Source: Octopus bimaculoides (lineage: Eukaryota). From it: a stretch of 64,000 nucleotides of DNA. The notes below the pieces were generated by a model. It was given only the letters and a program-made list of their open reading frames with translations. It ran no database searches and was not told the origin of the DNA. Numbering within the stretch: the stretch's first letter is position 1; each line of letters begins with the position of its first letter. A program made the translations under genes and the position numbers. The stretch covers positions 42,744,373 through 42,808,372 of the forward strand of contig NC_068994.1 of assembly GCF_001194135.2 (NCBI RefSeq). Reading direction: 5' to 3'. Shown here in pieces: positions 27,051 to 38,542 of the stretch.

Positions 27051-28950
27051 CTTTAAATATGAAACTCAGATTGGTACATATATCTATGTGTGTGTGTGTG
27101 ATTGTGTGTGTGCTTGTGTGTGTGTGTGTATTTGTGAGTGTGTGCATATGCATGTTCACAGCCTATATTTAGTTGCATATGCAACTAGATATGTTGGTGT
27201 ATATTGCTGGTTGTCTTTAGTTCAAAAGAATGTCAATTCCTTTTCACTAACTTATTTGCTAAAATAAGCAAAGTTATAGAAAAAGATTTTAACCATTTAT
27301 TACTAAGAGTTGTCTTTTTTGGTTTTTTTTAATAAAGATTATTATTAACGCCTACAGTCTATTATTTTCATATTATTAATTTAAAAATTGACTACCGATT
27401 TTTCTGGCTCACTACATTATGTTAGCCTCACTTAACTATGTATTTCCTTTAGAAGACACCGAATTCTGCTTTCTTGACTGTAAAATACTTTTCTTAGTGT
27501 TATGTCAAACATTTAGATTTGTTCCCAAAGAATAATATTAAAATAGTTCTCTAATATGAGAATGTTATCTTGGCATGATAAGACTGGGAATTGATTGAAA
27601 AAGATATATTGTATGTCAATGAAACCAGATAAATGTGTCTTGAAATCACAGTAGCCTACTAATAATTCCGTATAATGTAGCCAGTTAGTAAAGCCAGACA
27701 ACAGCCAAAACCTTTGAATTGCCAGTAAAAACAGACACTGCAATTATTTCTTTCCCTTATTGTGTACATGGAAGTGGTGGGGTGGTGGGGCATTCAAAGC
27801 ACATAGCCAAATAGATCGGCATTCATGATATGACACACCGTAGTAGATCAATATTCAGCTGTTCTGAGTTATTCTGATCTTAATTGTCTCTTTTTATTTC
27901 CAATATTTTGATAGATGTGTTCTTCTGTCAACATCAGGGTACATATTCTGTTTATTTCTAAGGTTACATTTTCATTTAAATGAATATGATACTGAGAACA
28001 AATAAATAAATAAACTAAATAACTAACTAAATAAATAAATAAAAGCTAAGAATAACAATGTGAAAACAAAGAGTCTGATTGATGCCGTTGTTATTGGCTT
28101 TCAATGTTTCTGGAAGAAAATTGTATCTCGGTGCCTAGAAGAAGGTTTATAGCATTGATCTTTCCTGTTATCCTTTAGATTAATTTTGAATCCTTATGAA
28201 TTTGATTGAAAAGAATACTGGCCATTTTTGTAATCTCTGCACTGTTGGTTTCATTGAATCACTTCTGGCTGAGTTTCAAATAGCATTGCCCATCAAACTC
28301 TTTTACTCACCACCTGCCAGCCACGTTTCTATCTTCATTTCATTATGGTGCTTTTGCTAAATGGTTCTATTTACTCTGAGATTTATCCTGGCTGCCTTTA
28401 TACAAAAGTTTCCTTCTTATAAATTTAGAATGTAACTACTCAGAGTCCACAGAACAAAGCTAAATGTCACAACTATATTTACAGTATATACTATTACAAA
28501 GACCATAACAATACAATTGAAAGTTTATACACTCATATATTATAATATAGCATTTTCAAATTTATAATCTGGAATATCATGCTGGTTGGTTTCGTTATTT
28601 TTTCTTCTTTTTTGCCTATGTGAGTTATGAGTATTTCTATCTGTGGAGACATATTGTGGTAGAAGAATTAGTATTTTAACTGCTATTTCTAAATTGTGGT
28701 ATGTAGTGAAGCAACTTTTGCTGATCCCTTAATTATGTTTATAATTATAAAATAAACTTTTTGTATAAGTTTTTACCAATAATGGATTTTTTTTTCCATA
28801 ACAAACTACTTGATAAAATTATTAATTATTAATTTATTAATAAATTAATAATTCTTTATTGTATATCCATAATATNNNNNNNNNNNNNNNNNNNNNNNNN
28901 NNNNNNNNNNNNNNNNNNNNNNNNNNNNNNNNNNNNNNNNNNNNNNNNNN

Positions 28951-29005
<55 letters not shown>

Positions 29006-29275
29006 TACATATATATCATATATTATATATATGTGTGTGTGTGTGTGTGTGCACACTCCAGCATGGCTGCAGTCAAATGATTGAAGCAAATAAAAGAATA
29101 AAAGAATATGTATCTGTCTATTTATCTATCTGTCTATTTATCTATCTGTCTATTTATCTATCTGTCTATTTATCTATCACATGGCTTGAAATATCTATAC
29201 ACAAGGTGAAGTCAAATATTATCTGCACTGCCACCATAACATATCTTTATTATTGCCACACTGCCTTCAGCACAT

Positions 29276-29673
29276 GACCGAAGTTTGAGCTTGGTCACCC
29301 CATTTTCCTTTCTGACTTTACAGTGTCAGCATGGCCACTCTACTAGCAATGTGCACCAAAGAAGAACAGAGAGCAGTGACCCAAGAGAGGGTAACGGTGA
29401 ACAGGTTCACCGTTACCATCTCTCAAGCTCGCTGAATCATCTTGTCAGAGGTGGAGGTTGACGGGCTTGTCTTGCCCTTTCAACACAGTAGTACGTTGTC
29501 CCTGTATTGTGCTAAAAGCCTCTGGTGAATATGAGCACCTGACACACCTTCCGACCAGAGAAATTGAATCACTGTTGTTTGTTCTTCTTTGGTGCACATT
29601 TGCTAGTGGAGTGACCATGCTTACACTGTAAAGCCAGAAAGAAAAATAGTGTGATCAGTTTCAAACTTCGATC
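29276..29673. mobile_element. foldback/MITE-like element with ~105-bp terminal inverted repeats
   Basis: arms 29276-29379 and 29569-29673, about 85% identical; flanked by ACAT/ACAT or an overlapping CACATGACC direct repeat. Confidence 0.8.
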
Positions 29674-29783
29674 ACATGACCACAACAGTACTAACTGTAA
29701 GCACGCATGCACAGAAGGCAGTGTGACAATAATAAAGATATGTTATGGCAAAAGCGCAGAGAATTTTTAACTTCCTCTCATAT

Positions 29784-29819
<36 letters not shown>

Positions 29820-29929
29820 GTATAATTCAGAAAAACATGTAGTAAATAAACATATGAACATATTCTAAATACACAGATGAGCGGGAAACACAGATGGTTA
29901 TCAACTCCTCTTTAGTTATCGGCCAGAGG

Positions 29930-30160
29930 GTCAAGTGCAATTAGTCAGGAAGGGCCAAGACATAGGATTGGAAGTAAAAAGAATACATAGAACCTCAAAA
30001 GTAAATATAGTACCTATTATGGAGTGTGCATTTGAAACCATCTCAAAAAGAACAATATTCTGTCATCAAAAGCTGCAAATACCAAACTTCTTAAGAAGTG
30101 TTCAGGTTGTAGCAATATTTGGAACAGCTCATGTGTTGAGGAAAGTGTTACAGCTCTATG
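29930..30160 (+). mobile_element. R4/Dong-clade non-LTR retrotransposon 3' fragment
   Basis: KVNIVPIMECAFETISK...SVQVVAIFGTAHVLRKVL resembles the RLE-LINE C-terminal VIPVVIGALGT...QKAALLGTARILRKVL signature. Confidence 0.75.
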
Positions 30161-30227
30161 GGATGGGGCTGAGAAGTGACATAGACATAGAGAAATCAGG
30201 AGTTAAGTGAAAATGAAAATAATAATA

Positions 30228-30440
30228 AAGATCTTTTCTGTTATAAGCACAAGGCCTGAAGTTTTGTGGGCAGAGGGATAGTTGATTACATCAATCTCAG
30301 TACTTGACTTGTACTTATTCCATTGGCCCTGAAAAGATGAAAGGCTAAAATCTATCTCAGTGGAACTTGAACCCAGCACGTAAAGTTGGATGAAACACTG
30401 CATATAGCATTTAGTCCAGAGATCAACCGATTCTGTCATC
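30228..30440 (-). mobile_element. family C SINE
   Basis: reverse complement of 52062-52270. Confidence 0.8.
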
Positions 30441-30466
30441 GTAATGTCTTTCTGCTGCAGCTGCTG

Positions 30467-30513
<47 letters not shown>

Positions 30514-33500
30514 ACTACTACTACTACTACTACTACTAATAATAATAATAATAATAATACAGCATTAAATATCATAAGAGGAAAACCAGATTTATTAGAT
30601 ACTAAATTTTTACTATATATTTATCATTTTCATCTACTAAAAAGTTGCACAACCTGTTCTACACTACACAAAATAAGCACACACATACACACACATGCAA
30701 ACAAGTGATATAATATATATATGTATATATATATATATATATATCTTTATTCAAAGCAGCAAACATTACCAGTACTGATCTCATGTTGCTCAACATACTC
30801 GATGGTTGGATGGCAAAAAAAAAATGATCAAATAGTCACAGCTGGAGTGCTTTTGATCATAGGTCTTACTCAGAGTTGACCTAGGGCTAAATAACAAGAA
30901 CACCAACATCGTTATCATCATCATCACCTTCTTCACTACCATCATCATCATCAACACAACCACCACCATCACCAGCATCAAAATCATCATCATCATCATC
31001 ATCACCTCTACCGCCACCACCATTACATTACAACCACTACCATTAATATTATCATCCTTCTCATTACCGTCACCACCACCACCACCACCACCATCATCAT
31101 CAATATCACTACCGCTCCCATCATTACCATTATCATCATCATCATTATCGTTATAATCATCATCACCACCATCCCATTGCTATCATTACAATCACTACCA
31201 TTTTCATCATCATCTTTCTCATTATAGTCAACACCACCACAATCAGCATGATTATTTCCACCATCATCAGTACCACCACTACCAATATCATATTTATCCT
31301 CATAGTTAGGAAAGGATTCTTTTTCTCTTGTTTTCCTAGTTAAAAAAATAATCACTATGTTGCTATATATTCTATAACAAAATGGGCTTTTTTTTTGTGG
31401 CTGGTGTTGTTGGGAGTCTTTTTGTTTTTTTTTAAAAAAGTTATCATTTCTTCAAGTTTCTAGGAAGAGCACAGTATGTAAAAACCAGAGTAGTATGTAA
31501 AATATTCCCTTTTATAGATGTGCAGAATAGAAAAGTACATTGAGATTCTTTTCATGTTTTCCAATGAAACAGTATTAAAGCAGCATATGAGTATTTTCCT
31601 TTTGTGTCTCAAATTTCATGTATGCAAAGCAACCAACCTGTTTCAGAAAAGATCACACACTAGTAAATAAATTAAAAGAAAACAATTTCATCAAGAATTA
31701 CAAAACTATAAAACGCAGGTTAATCCGAAATGATTCAAAAAAAAAAAAAAAAAGGATAGGAAAGAAAAAAGATTAATGGAGATAATTAATTTGATTTCTA
31801 TGAAGCTTAAGAGATTAACATAAATTTATGGGTTTTCATTTCCCCCTGGTCAGGTTTTCTAGTAATTCATCTTATGGAAAGATGCTCTCTTGCATAAGAG
31901 CAGTAATGGAGTTTCTATGCAAGTCATCAGATTCCATTGTCTCATTAGAATCAGCTACTTCCTGTATGGCTATATAACCCAACAGTAAATTCAGCTACTT
32001 TATTATCTTTACAAACTCTCTGATATTATCTTCCTGTTCATAACGTATTTCACACCTCATATCCCAATGACAAGAGGCATTCCATTATCCCAGCAATCAA
32101 GTCAAAGCATTAGAAATAAATAATAGTAGTATTAAATAATAATGATGATGATCATGGTGACGATGATGATAATGATGATGATGGTGGTGGTGGTGGTGAT
32201 GATAATCCTTTCTTTATTATTGCTACTAGAGCGACAGCAACTACACCATCATCAACCGCGGTTCTCTGTGATTCAAGCTAATTATTGGTTTTATTCGAAG
32301 AAATAATTTCAAAGAATTAATTATTCTTCCAGAATAAATCCTATTTGTATAATAAAGATGATATTGTGAAGTAAACTCCACAGTTGTTCCATTATACAGG
32401 TTTTAGAGTATGTAATGGAATCGACATTGCAGTTATAATAATTCCTTGTTTCCTGGCCTATACATTAATAACCACAGTTTTCATAAATACCCAACAATAA
32501 CAATAAGAAGCATAGTGTGATGCTGTTAATGCCCTTGTGTTTATTGTATATTTGAAAATGTCATTATGATCAGAAGCAAGCTGGCTTAGAGGTTAGGATT
32601 TATGTCCACTGTCTAATAAAATTGTAAGGTTGATTTCAAACTCCACTCCAGGCATTTTGGTTGTGTTTAAAAGCTAAAGTAGGGTTATCCAACTTTAAGA
32701 AAATGACTTCATTGAAATACTATGTATGTATACTAGGGAACTAAGGTAGCACCATTGTTGTTGGCATTGTCTGCAGCAGTGGCAGCAAGTGACAACATCA
32801 CCATTATCATCATAACCACCACCATCATCATCATCATCATTATCAAGTACCACCATCATTACCATCACTGCTGCAGCCACCACTGCCCCCCCTGTGTCTG
32901 TGTTTGTCCCCCTCCCGACATCGCTTGACAACCGATGGTGGTTGTTTACGTCCCCGTAACTTAGCAGATGAATTGGTATGACTGACTGGACATTCAACCC
33001 ATTTTGGTGACAGCTCATTTTGGTACTGGCGGCACACAAACACACACATGCACATGTGCACAGAGAGAGAGAGACACACACACACAGACAGAGAGAAAGG
33101 AGGGAGGAGAATAAGAGAAACATTGAAATTTTTGATGTCACATATGTCACTGTTGAATCAGTAACACCAAACAGACAGGGCCAAAATGGCTGTGACAAAA
33201 GATTTCATGTCCAAGATTCAGTTATAACCCCCTGTACTGTATAATGGTCATAACACTTGCATTCACACAGCATGCACACACATGTGCCCATACAGTCATA
33301 CAGATTGCACACACACACACACACACATGTACACACATGCACAAGCATACACAAACATACAAATAAAACAACAGTAGTAATTAAAACACAATAGCCTTCC
33401 AACATAGGAAAAAGTCCTTAAATATAAGTACAATATAGTATATAGTGAATTATATCAACCCTGTACATGCCCTGTACTTGATTTCATCAATCTCTCTCCT

Positions 33501-34059
33501 CTAAGGATAAAAATCAGAATTGACCTCAGTAAGAATTGAACTCAGAATATAAAAAGTATAATTAAATACTACAAAGTATTTTATCAGCATCTGACTAGAA
33601 AAAGAAAAACCCCTCTTTCACTTATTAACCTGTATTCTCAAGAAAGGTAATCACATAAAAAATATAAAAATTACGCAAATTTCAAACTTTAAAAATCTTC
33701 CCCCAGGCTACCAATATTACAACTATTAGTCTTTCAATGAATTCCAATAACTTCATCAACAATCTATATCAGAATTTGTGTCTGGTAGGCAATGTGTTAC
33801 TTCTTGAAGTTTTCTGTGTTGCCTTTGAAATATATAACTGTAAAACTAACATCAATAAAGTATATAAAATATATCTCTCAGATTATTGATATTCATACAA
33901 GGTCTAGAAAGATCTTATCTTTGTTCTAGTAAAAGCTTTGGTCTTATATTGCTCTGTAATAGAAGCAGGGTTCAACAAAATTGATCAACCCAGGACCTGG
34001 AGAGCCAATGAGAAGCATAATTATCTGTGAAGCCCTCTCTCTAAAAGGACAACCTAAAG

Positions 34060-34167
34060 CTTCCTTCAATTTTTAGAAGACCCCACTCTTCTCAAGATTC
34101 AAAGCAGACCTGTCCAACTGCATTAAATTTGTCTCAGAGGCCTGAAACAGCAACGTTTGGGGTGTGG
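34060..34167 (+). CDS. candidate exon DNLKLPSIFRRPHSSQDSKQTCPTALNLSQRPETATFGV(W)
   Basis: ccctctctctaaaag acceptor, weak TG/gtataa donor, phase-compatible with 35141-35262. Confidence 0.2.
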
Positions 34168-35075
34168 TATAATTCTGAAAGTGTCATGAATACAAAATCT
34201 TTTAATTTAGAAATGTCTGATAGAATGTAAAATGTTCATGAACTTGTACAATAAAGCAGAGGAATAAGGGCCACAACACAACATTTACTATAAATAAAGA
34301 CTGTGGAATGTTTCCTCAAGAAGAAATATCATATGTTAATTATGCCCCATTGTTGGAAAAATTGTTTTTTTGTTCACGTATTTTGAAAATCTAAAAGAAA
34401 AAAGGTAAAAAGAATGGTCACAGAAGGTTACTGATTTGCTAAAGTGAGTTGCAATAGTAAAAGATTAGGAAGTTCTGCACTATAGCATAAAATATATCAT
34501 TATAAAAAGTGTTTGCTTCCTATAATACTGTCAAAATACATAAAACAAAAATAATAACAAATGAAAATAAGCACTATAGTCATATATCTCTGACCAGTTG
34601 ATGCAACAACTATTAATGTTATGTAGTAAGATATAATAGTAATAACACCTTGGGTAGGACACACTAGTCTTGGTACTGTTAACATAACTTGTTAGGTATT
34701 GCAGTATTAATCACTGTGTTTTTACTTTAGACATCTTTATAGCAGAATGGAATCTGAATATGAAAGGGGGGAAAATAGCATTCATATCTTGGTCTCCATA
34801 ACTCAGAATCTTATTTTTATATTAGTAGATATTACAAAATTAAATTACACCCATAGCATTTGATATCTCCATAATTATTTGAAGTTTAAGTATGTTGTAG
34901 TAATAATGCATCACTCCAACAACATTTGAGTTTATCTTTACAGACACTGTATAAAATATGTTCAGAATCTATTTTTCACACTTCCCAAAGTATTCTGAGC
35001 ATATCTTAAAAAATACTATGGAATTTTGCCAATAGTTTAGCAATATAAACTTGTCAGTAGTTTCCCACTACATAC

Positions 35076-35235
35076 CTGATATCTCTTCATAATGTTTGGC
35101 CTTTGCATCACTGCTATAACTTGTGTTATCCATTTGACAGGACACTATATTGCTTGAAGTATCATGGAAACCCACAGAGCTTTCTTCAATTCCTCTCACA
35201 TCTGACCTCATCACTACCTCCTGGATACGCATTTG
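35076..35235 (-). CDS. candidate exon QMRIQEVVMRSDVRGIEESSVGFHDTSSNIVSCQMDNTSYSSDAKAKHYEEIS(G)
   Basis: good acceptor (tttttcctgtgctccattaacag), strong CAG/gtatgt donor, 53 open codons. Confidence 0.4.
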
Positions 35236-35262
35236 CTGTTAATGGAGCACAGGAAAAACTTC
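35141..35262 (+). CDS. competing candidate exon TLYCLKYHGNPQSFLQFLSHLTSSLPPGYAFAVNGAQEKL(R)
   Basis: ttatccatttgacag acceptor, C/gtaaga donor, open frame, phase-compatible with 38427-38542. Confidence 0.3.
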
Positions 35263-35720
35263 GTAAGATAGACAAATAGCAGATATCAGCTACATATTAG
35301 TAATACTAACATGACAATACTATAAGGTAAAAACTAAATAACAATGCTAAACAGTAATAGCAAATAAAACCTATACACTAAAATTCCTTTTGCAGGGACA
35401 TCATACAACAATAATAAAATATATAGTATACGTCAATGCTACAAAGCAATAAAATAGATGTCTCATAATCCATTGGACTGTTAGGACACCATTAAAAATT
35501 TGAATGAAATCTTTAGGCAATGTTGTATGAAAGATTAAGTCAACCAGGCAGAACCCAACTCAGTTTCTACACCTCCACTGAATTATGGAATACTTGCCAT
35601 ATCTGTTTGTTAATTATTTAAATGGTGTTTGTAAATAAGATTTAACGAACTAGTGCTCATGCAAAGTACTAATTTATAAAACATTTTTCTTTTTCTTTTA
35701 TTATAGGGGATATATATATA

Positions 35721-35795
<75 letters not shown>

Positions 35796-35812
35796 TCATC
35801 ATCATCATCATT

Positions 35813-36030
35813 TTATATCTATTTTTCAGGCTGGTATGGGTTGCATGGATCAATACAGTCAAAGTCAGTTCTTATTTGGAATTACAACACCACTGGAAGG
35901 GTCAGAAGATGATATCTTGCCTTAGAAGTCTATTATTTGCATGGTTTCTATGTCTGGATGCCCATCGTAATATCAGACATTTTGCATAATGTACTTGGTG
36001 TATTTTATTATGACATCAGCACAGGTGAAG
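35813..36030 (-). mobile_element. family B repeat, degenerate
   Basis: reverse complement of the RTE-type tail. Confidence 0.7.
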
Positions 36031-37347
36031 TTGCTTTGTATCCTGAATGACTAAAGAATCTTCACTACACTTTGATACCTCAGTGTGTATGTGTGTGTAT
36101 TTGTATGTATGTATATATGGATGTATATATATGCATATCGATCTAAGGAGACAGAGGCTTTCTCTCAAGGAAACATATGAAAAGCCAACATCCTGCATTA
36201 GGACCTGACCTGAAGTACACAAGGAAAATGGAAGAGAGAACGCCTTAAAAATAGCTAATGGTGGGTTATTCTGTTATTCTTATACAAGAATTTTGTTGAC
36301 GGTGACTTCAAAGTTTCAGCCAGCTAAACCATTGTCAGACTGTGGTGCATTAGAGTTAGTCTTGCCCTTATATAATCTCTGTTGAGTTAAAATCATCTTT
36401 GGGAGTGTGGGTTTGATTAGGGTGGTGTTATAGGAAAGTGTTTGGAAAATGTTTTATTGGTTAAATTTGGGGTTATGTTATTGTTTAGAATGTATTCATG
36501 CTGGTAGAACTTTATGAACAAGCCTGTAGGTGTTTCTCTTTTGTTAGGTAGGCACTAGGTGGGACAGTATTTTTGTTGCTTTTAGTATTATTGGATTTAA
36601 TAATAATGGTGTATTACTGAGGTAGATCTGAAAAAGCCAGAAGAGGCAGAAAAAGACAGTTCAGAGTCAAGAATAGTTGAGGAAAGCTTATGCTCCATAG
36701 GAACAAAGATTAAATAAAGAGCCACTTTCAACTTCTATTGCTCTCATACTGACTAGATATATACTTTCTTCTCAAGTTAGAACTAACCATGAAATATTTC
36801 TGAATTCAATTATAATAAATCAATGATCTATGCTTGAGAAAACATGTTGATCTTTCACATAAAAATTAAATAATAACAGACTCGGAGCAATTTCTCGGTG
36901 TTCTATGAGAAGTAAAATAATTAAAAGTAAAATTCTTTGTGATTTACAATCTTGGAAAGAAATAACTATCAACGATTTGCCTCCTTACAAGAAGTCTCGT
37001 TTACAATCTTAAATTTTGCCTTCACTCCAAGGAGAACTAGAGACTAACAACAAATTTTATTATGCCATTATGTTTTCACTCAAAGCACAGAAATAATAGC
37101 AGACACCGACAAATATTTTTCTGTTGACAGCATGTTGTAAATAACAATTATGCCGAAATCCTTTATGTTTTGGAGCAATAAACAGTCAATAATTAGCTAG
37201 GAGGCTATGATTCATTTTGACACTTAAGGCCTTAGCATGGTACTTTTAAAACTTTATGTGATATGGTTCTTTCAGGCTAAAAAGAATAGAAATTTCATAT
37301 GTACATGCATGCATACACACACACACACACATATGTATGTTTGTATG

Positions 37348-37389
<42 letters not shown>

Positions 37390-37467
37390 AGTGTGTGTGT
37401 ATATATGTATGTGTGTGTGTATGTATGTATACACACACACACACACACATATACATGTTTACTCTTT

Positions 37468-37815
37468 TTTCTTTTACTTCTTTCAGTCATTTGACTGCGG
37501 CCATTCTGGAGCACCACCATTTTAGTCAAACAAATCAACTCCAGAACTTATTCTTTGTAAGCCTAGTACTTATTCTATCACTCTCTTATGCTGAACTGCT
37601 AAGTTACAGGGACGTAAACACACTAACATCGGTTTTCAAGCAATGGTGGGCGGGTAGGGCAAACACAGACACACACAAATATATACATATATGTATATAT
37701 ATATATATATATACATATACGACAGGCTTCTTCCAGTTAGCATTTGCCAAATCCACTCACAAGGCTTTGGTCAGTCCGAGGCTACAGTAGAAGATACTTG
37801 CCCAAGGTGCCACAC
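37468..37815 (-). mobile_element. family A SINE, head truncated
   Basis: reverse complement of family A. Confidence 0.88.
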
Positions 37816-38426
37816 AGTGTACATATATATATATATGTACACTCACTCAAACACAACCACATACATGTATATATATTCACATTCCCATACAAACGCATAT
37901 AAATGTATATGTCTATATTCTTTCTATTTTTGTCAGTTTCAGTCAAGGCTGTGGTAGTTGTTGCCATCAACGTTTTAGTTGACCAATTCAAAGCCATTTC
38001 TTATTTTTATGTCTTATACTTATTTCATCAAACTCTATTTGTCAAACAGCTGAGTTACAGGATATAAATATTTAGTACAAACTGAATCAATACCTAATCT
38101 AACTGAACTTGATGCAATCTTGCCCAAGACTTATTTCGACATTGTAAACTATTAGTTTGAATGGAAAAAAATATGTATTTCCTTATCTTAATAAATAAAA
38201 CTGTACAGAAAGACCTTTCCCAAGAACTGTTGTTCAAAGTTGTTTCATTGATTATATGTAATAGAATCTACATAGCTTCATTGATCTTTTCCAGATGCTT
38301 ATAATTTATGTTGATTGATTCCTATATTAGAAATGAAATACAATCACTAGACAATTGAAAAGTTGATAGGCTGATACATTAACCATGAGCTGGTAGTTTG
38401 CTTCATGCTTTTGTTAATTGTTTTAG

Positions 38427-38542
38427 GTGCCTATGTTGCAGGAGCAGACTTGGATACCCTGTTGGTACTTCCATCCTTGTCTCAGAAGAACATGAAAGAT
38501 ATAATATCTGGAGGAAAAGAGGGCTACACCAGCAATAGATTG
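38427..38542 (+). CDS. candidate exon AYVAGADLDTLLVLPSLSQKNMKDIISGGKEGYTSNRL
   Basis: ttttgttaattgttttag acceptor, weak gtactc donor, open frame. Confidence 0.25.

Noticed and set aside
31900-31940. Minus-strand CTGATGA...GAAAC with flanking complementarity
   Set aside because: No stem I and no pairable stem II, so not a valid hammerhead topology
36290-36620. Strand-asymmetric G/T-rich stretch suggestive of a retroelement ORF
   Set aside because: Frames are short and no recognisable RT or endonuclease motif is present
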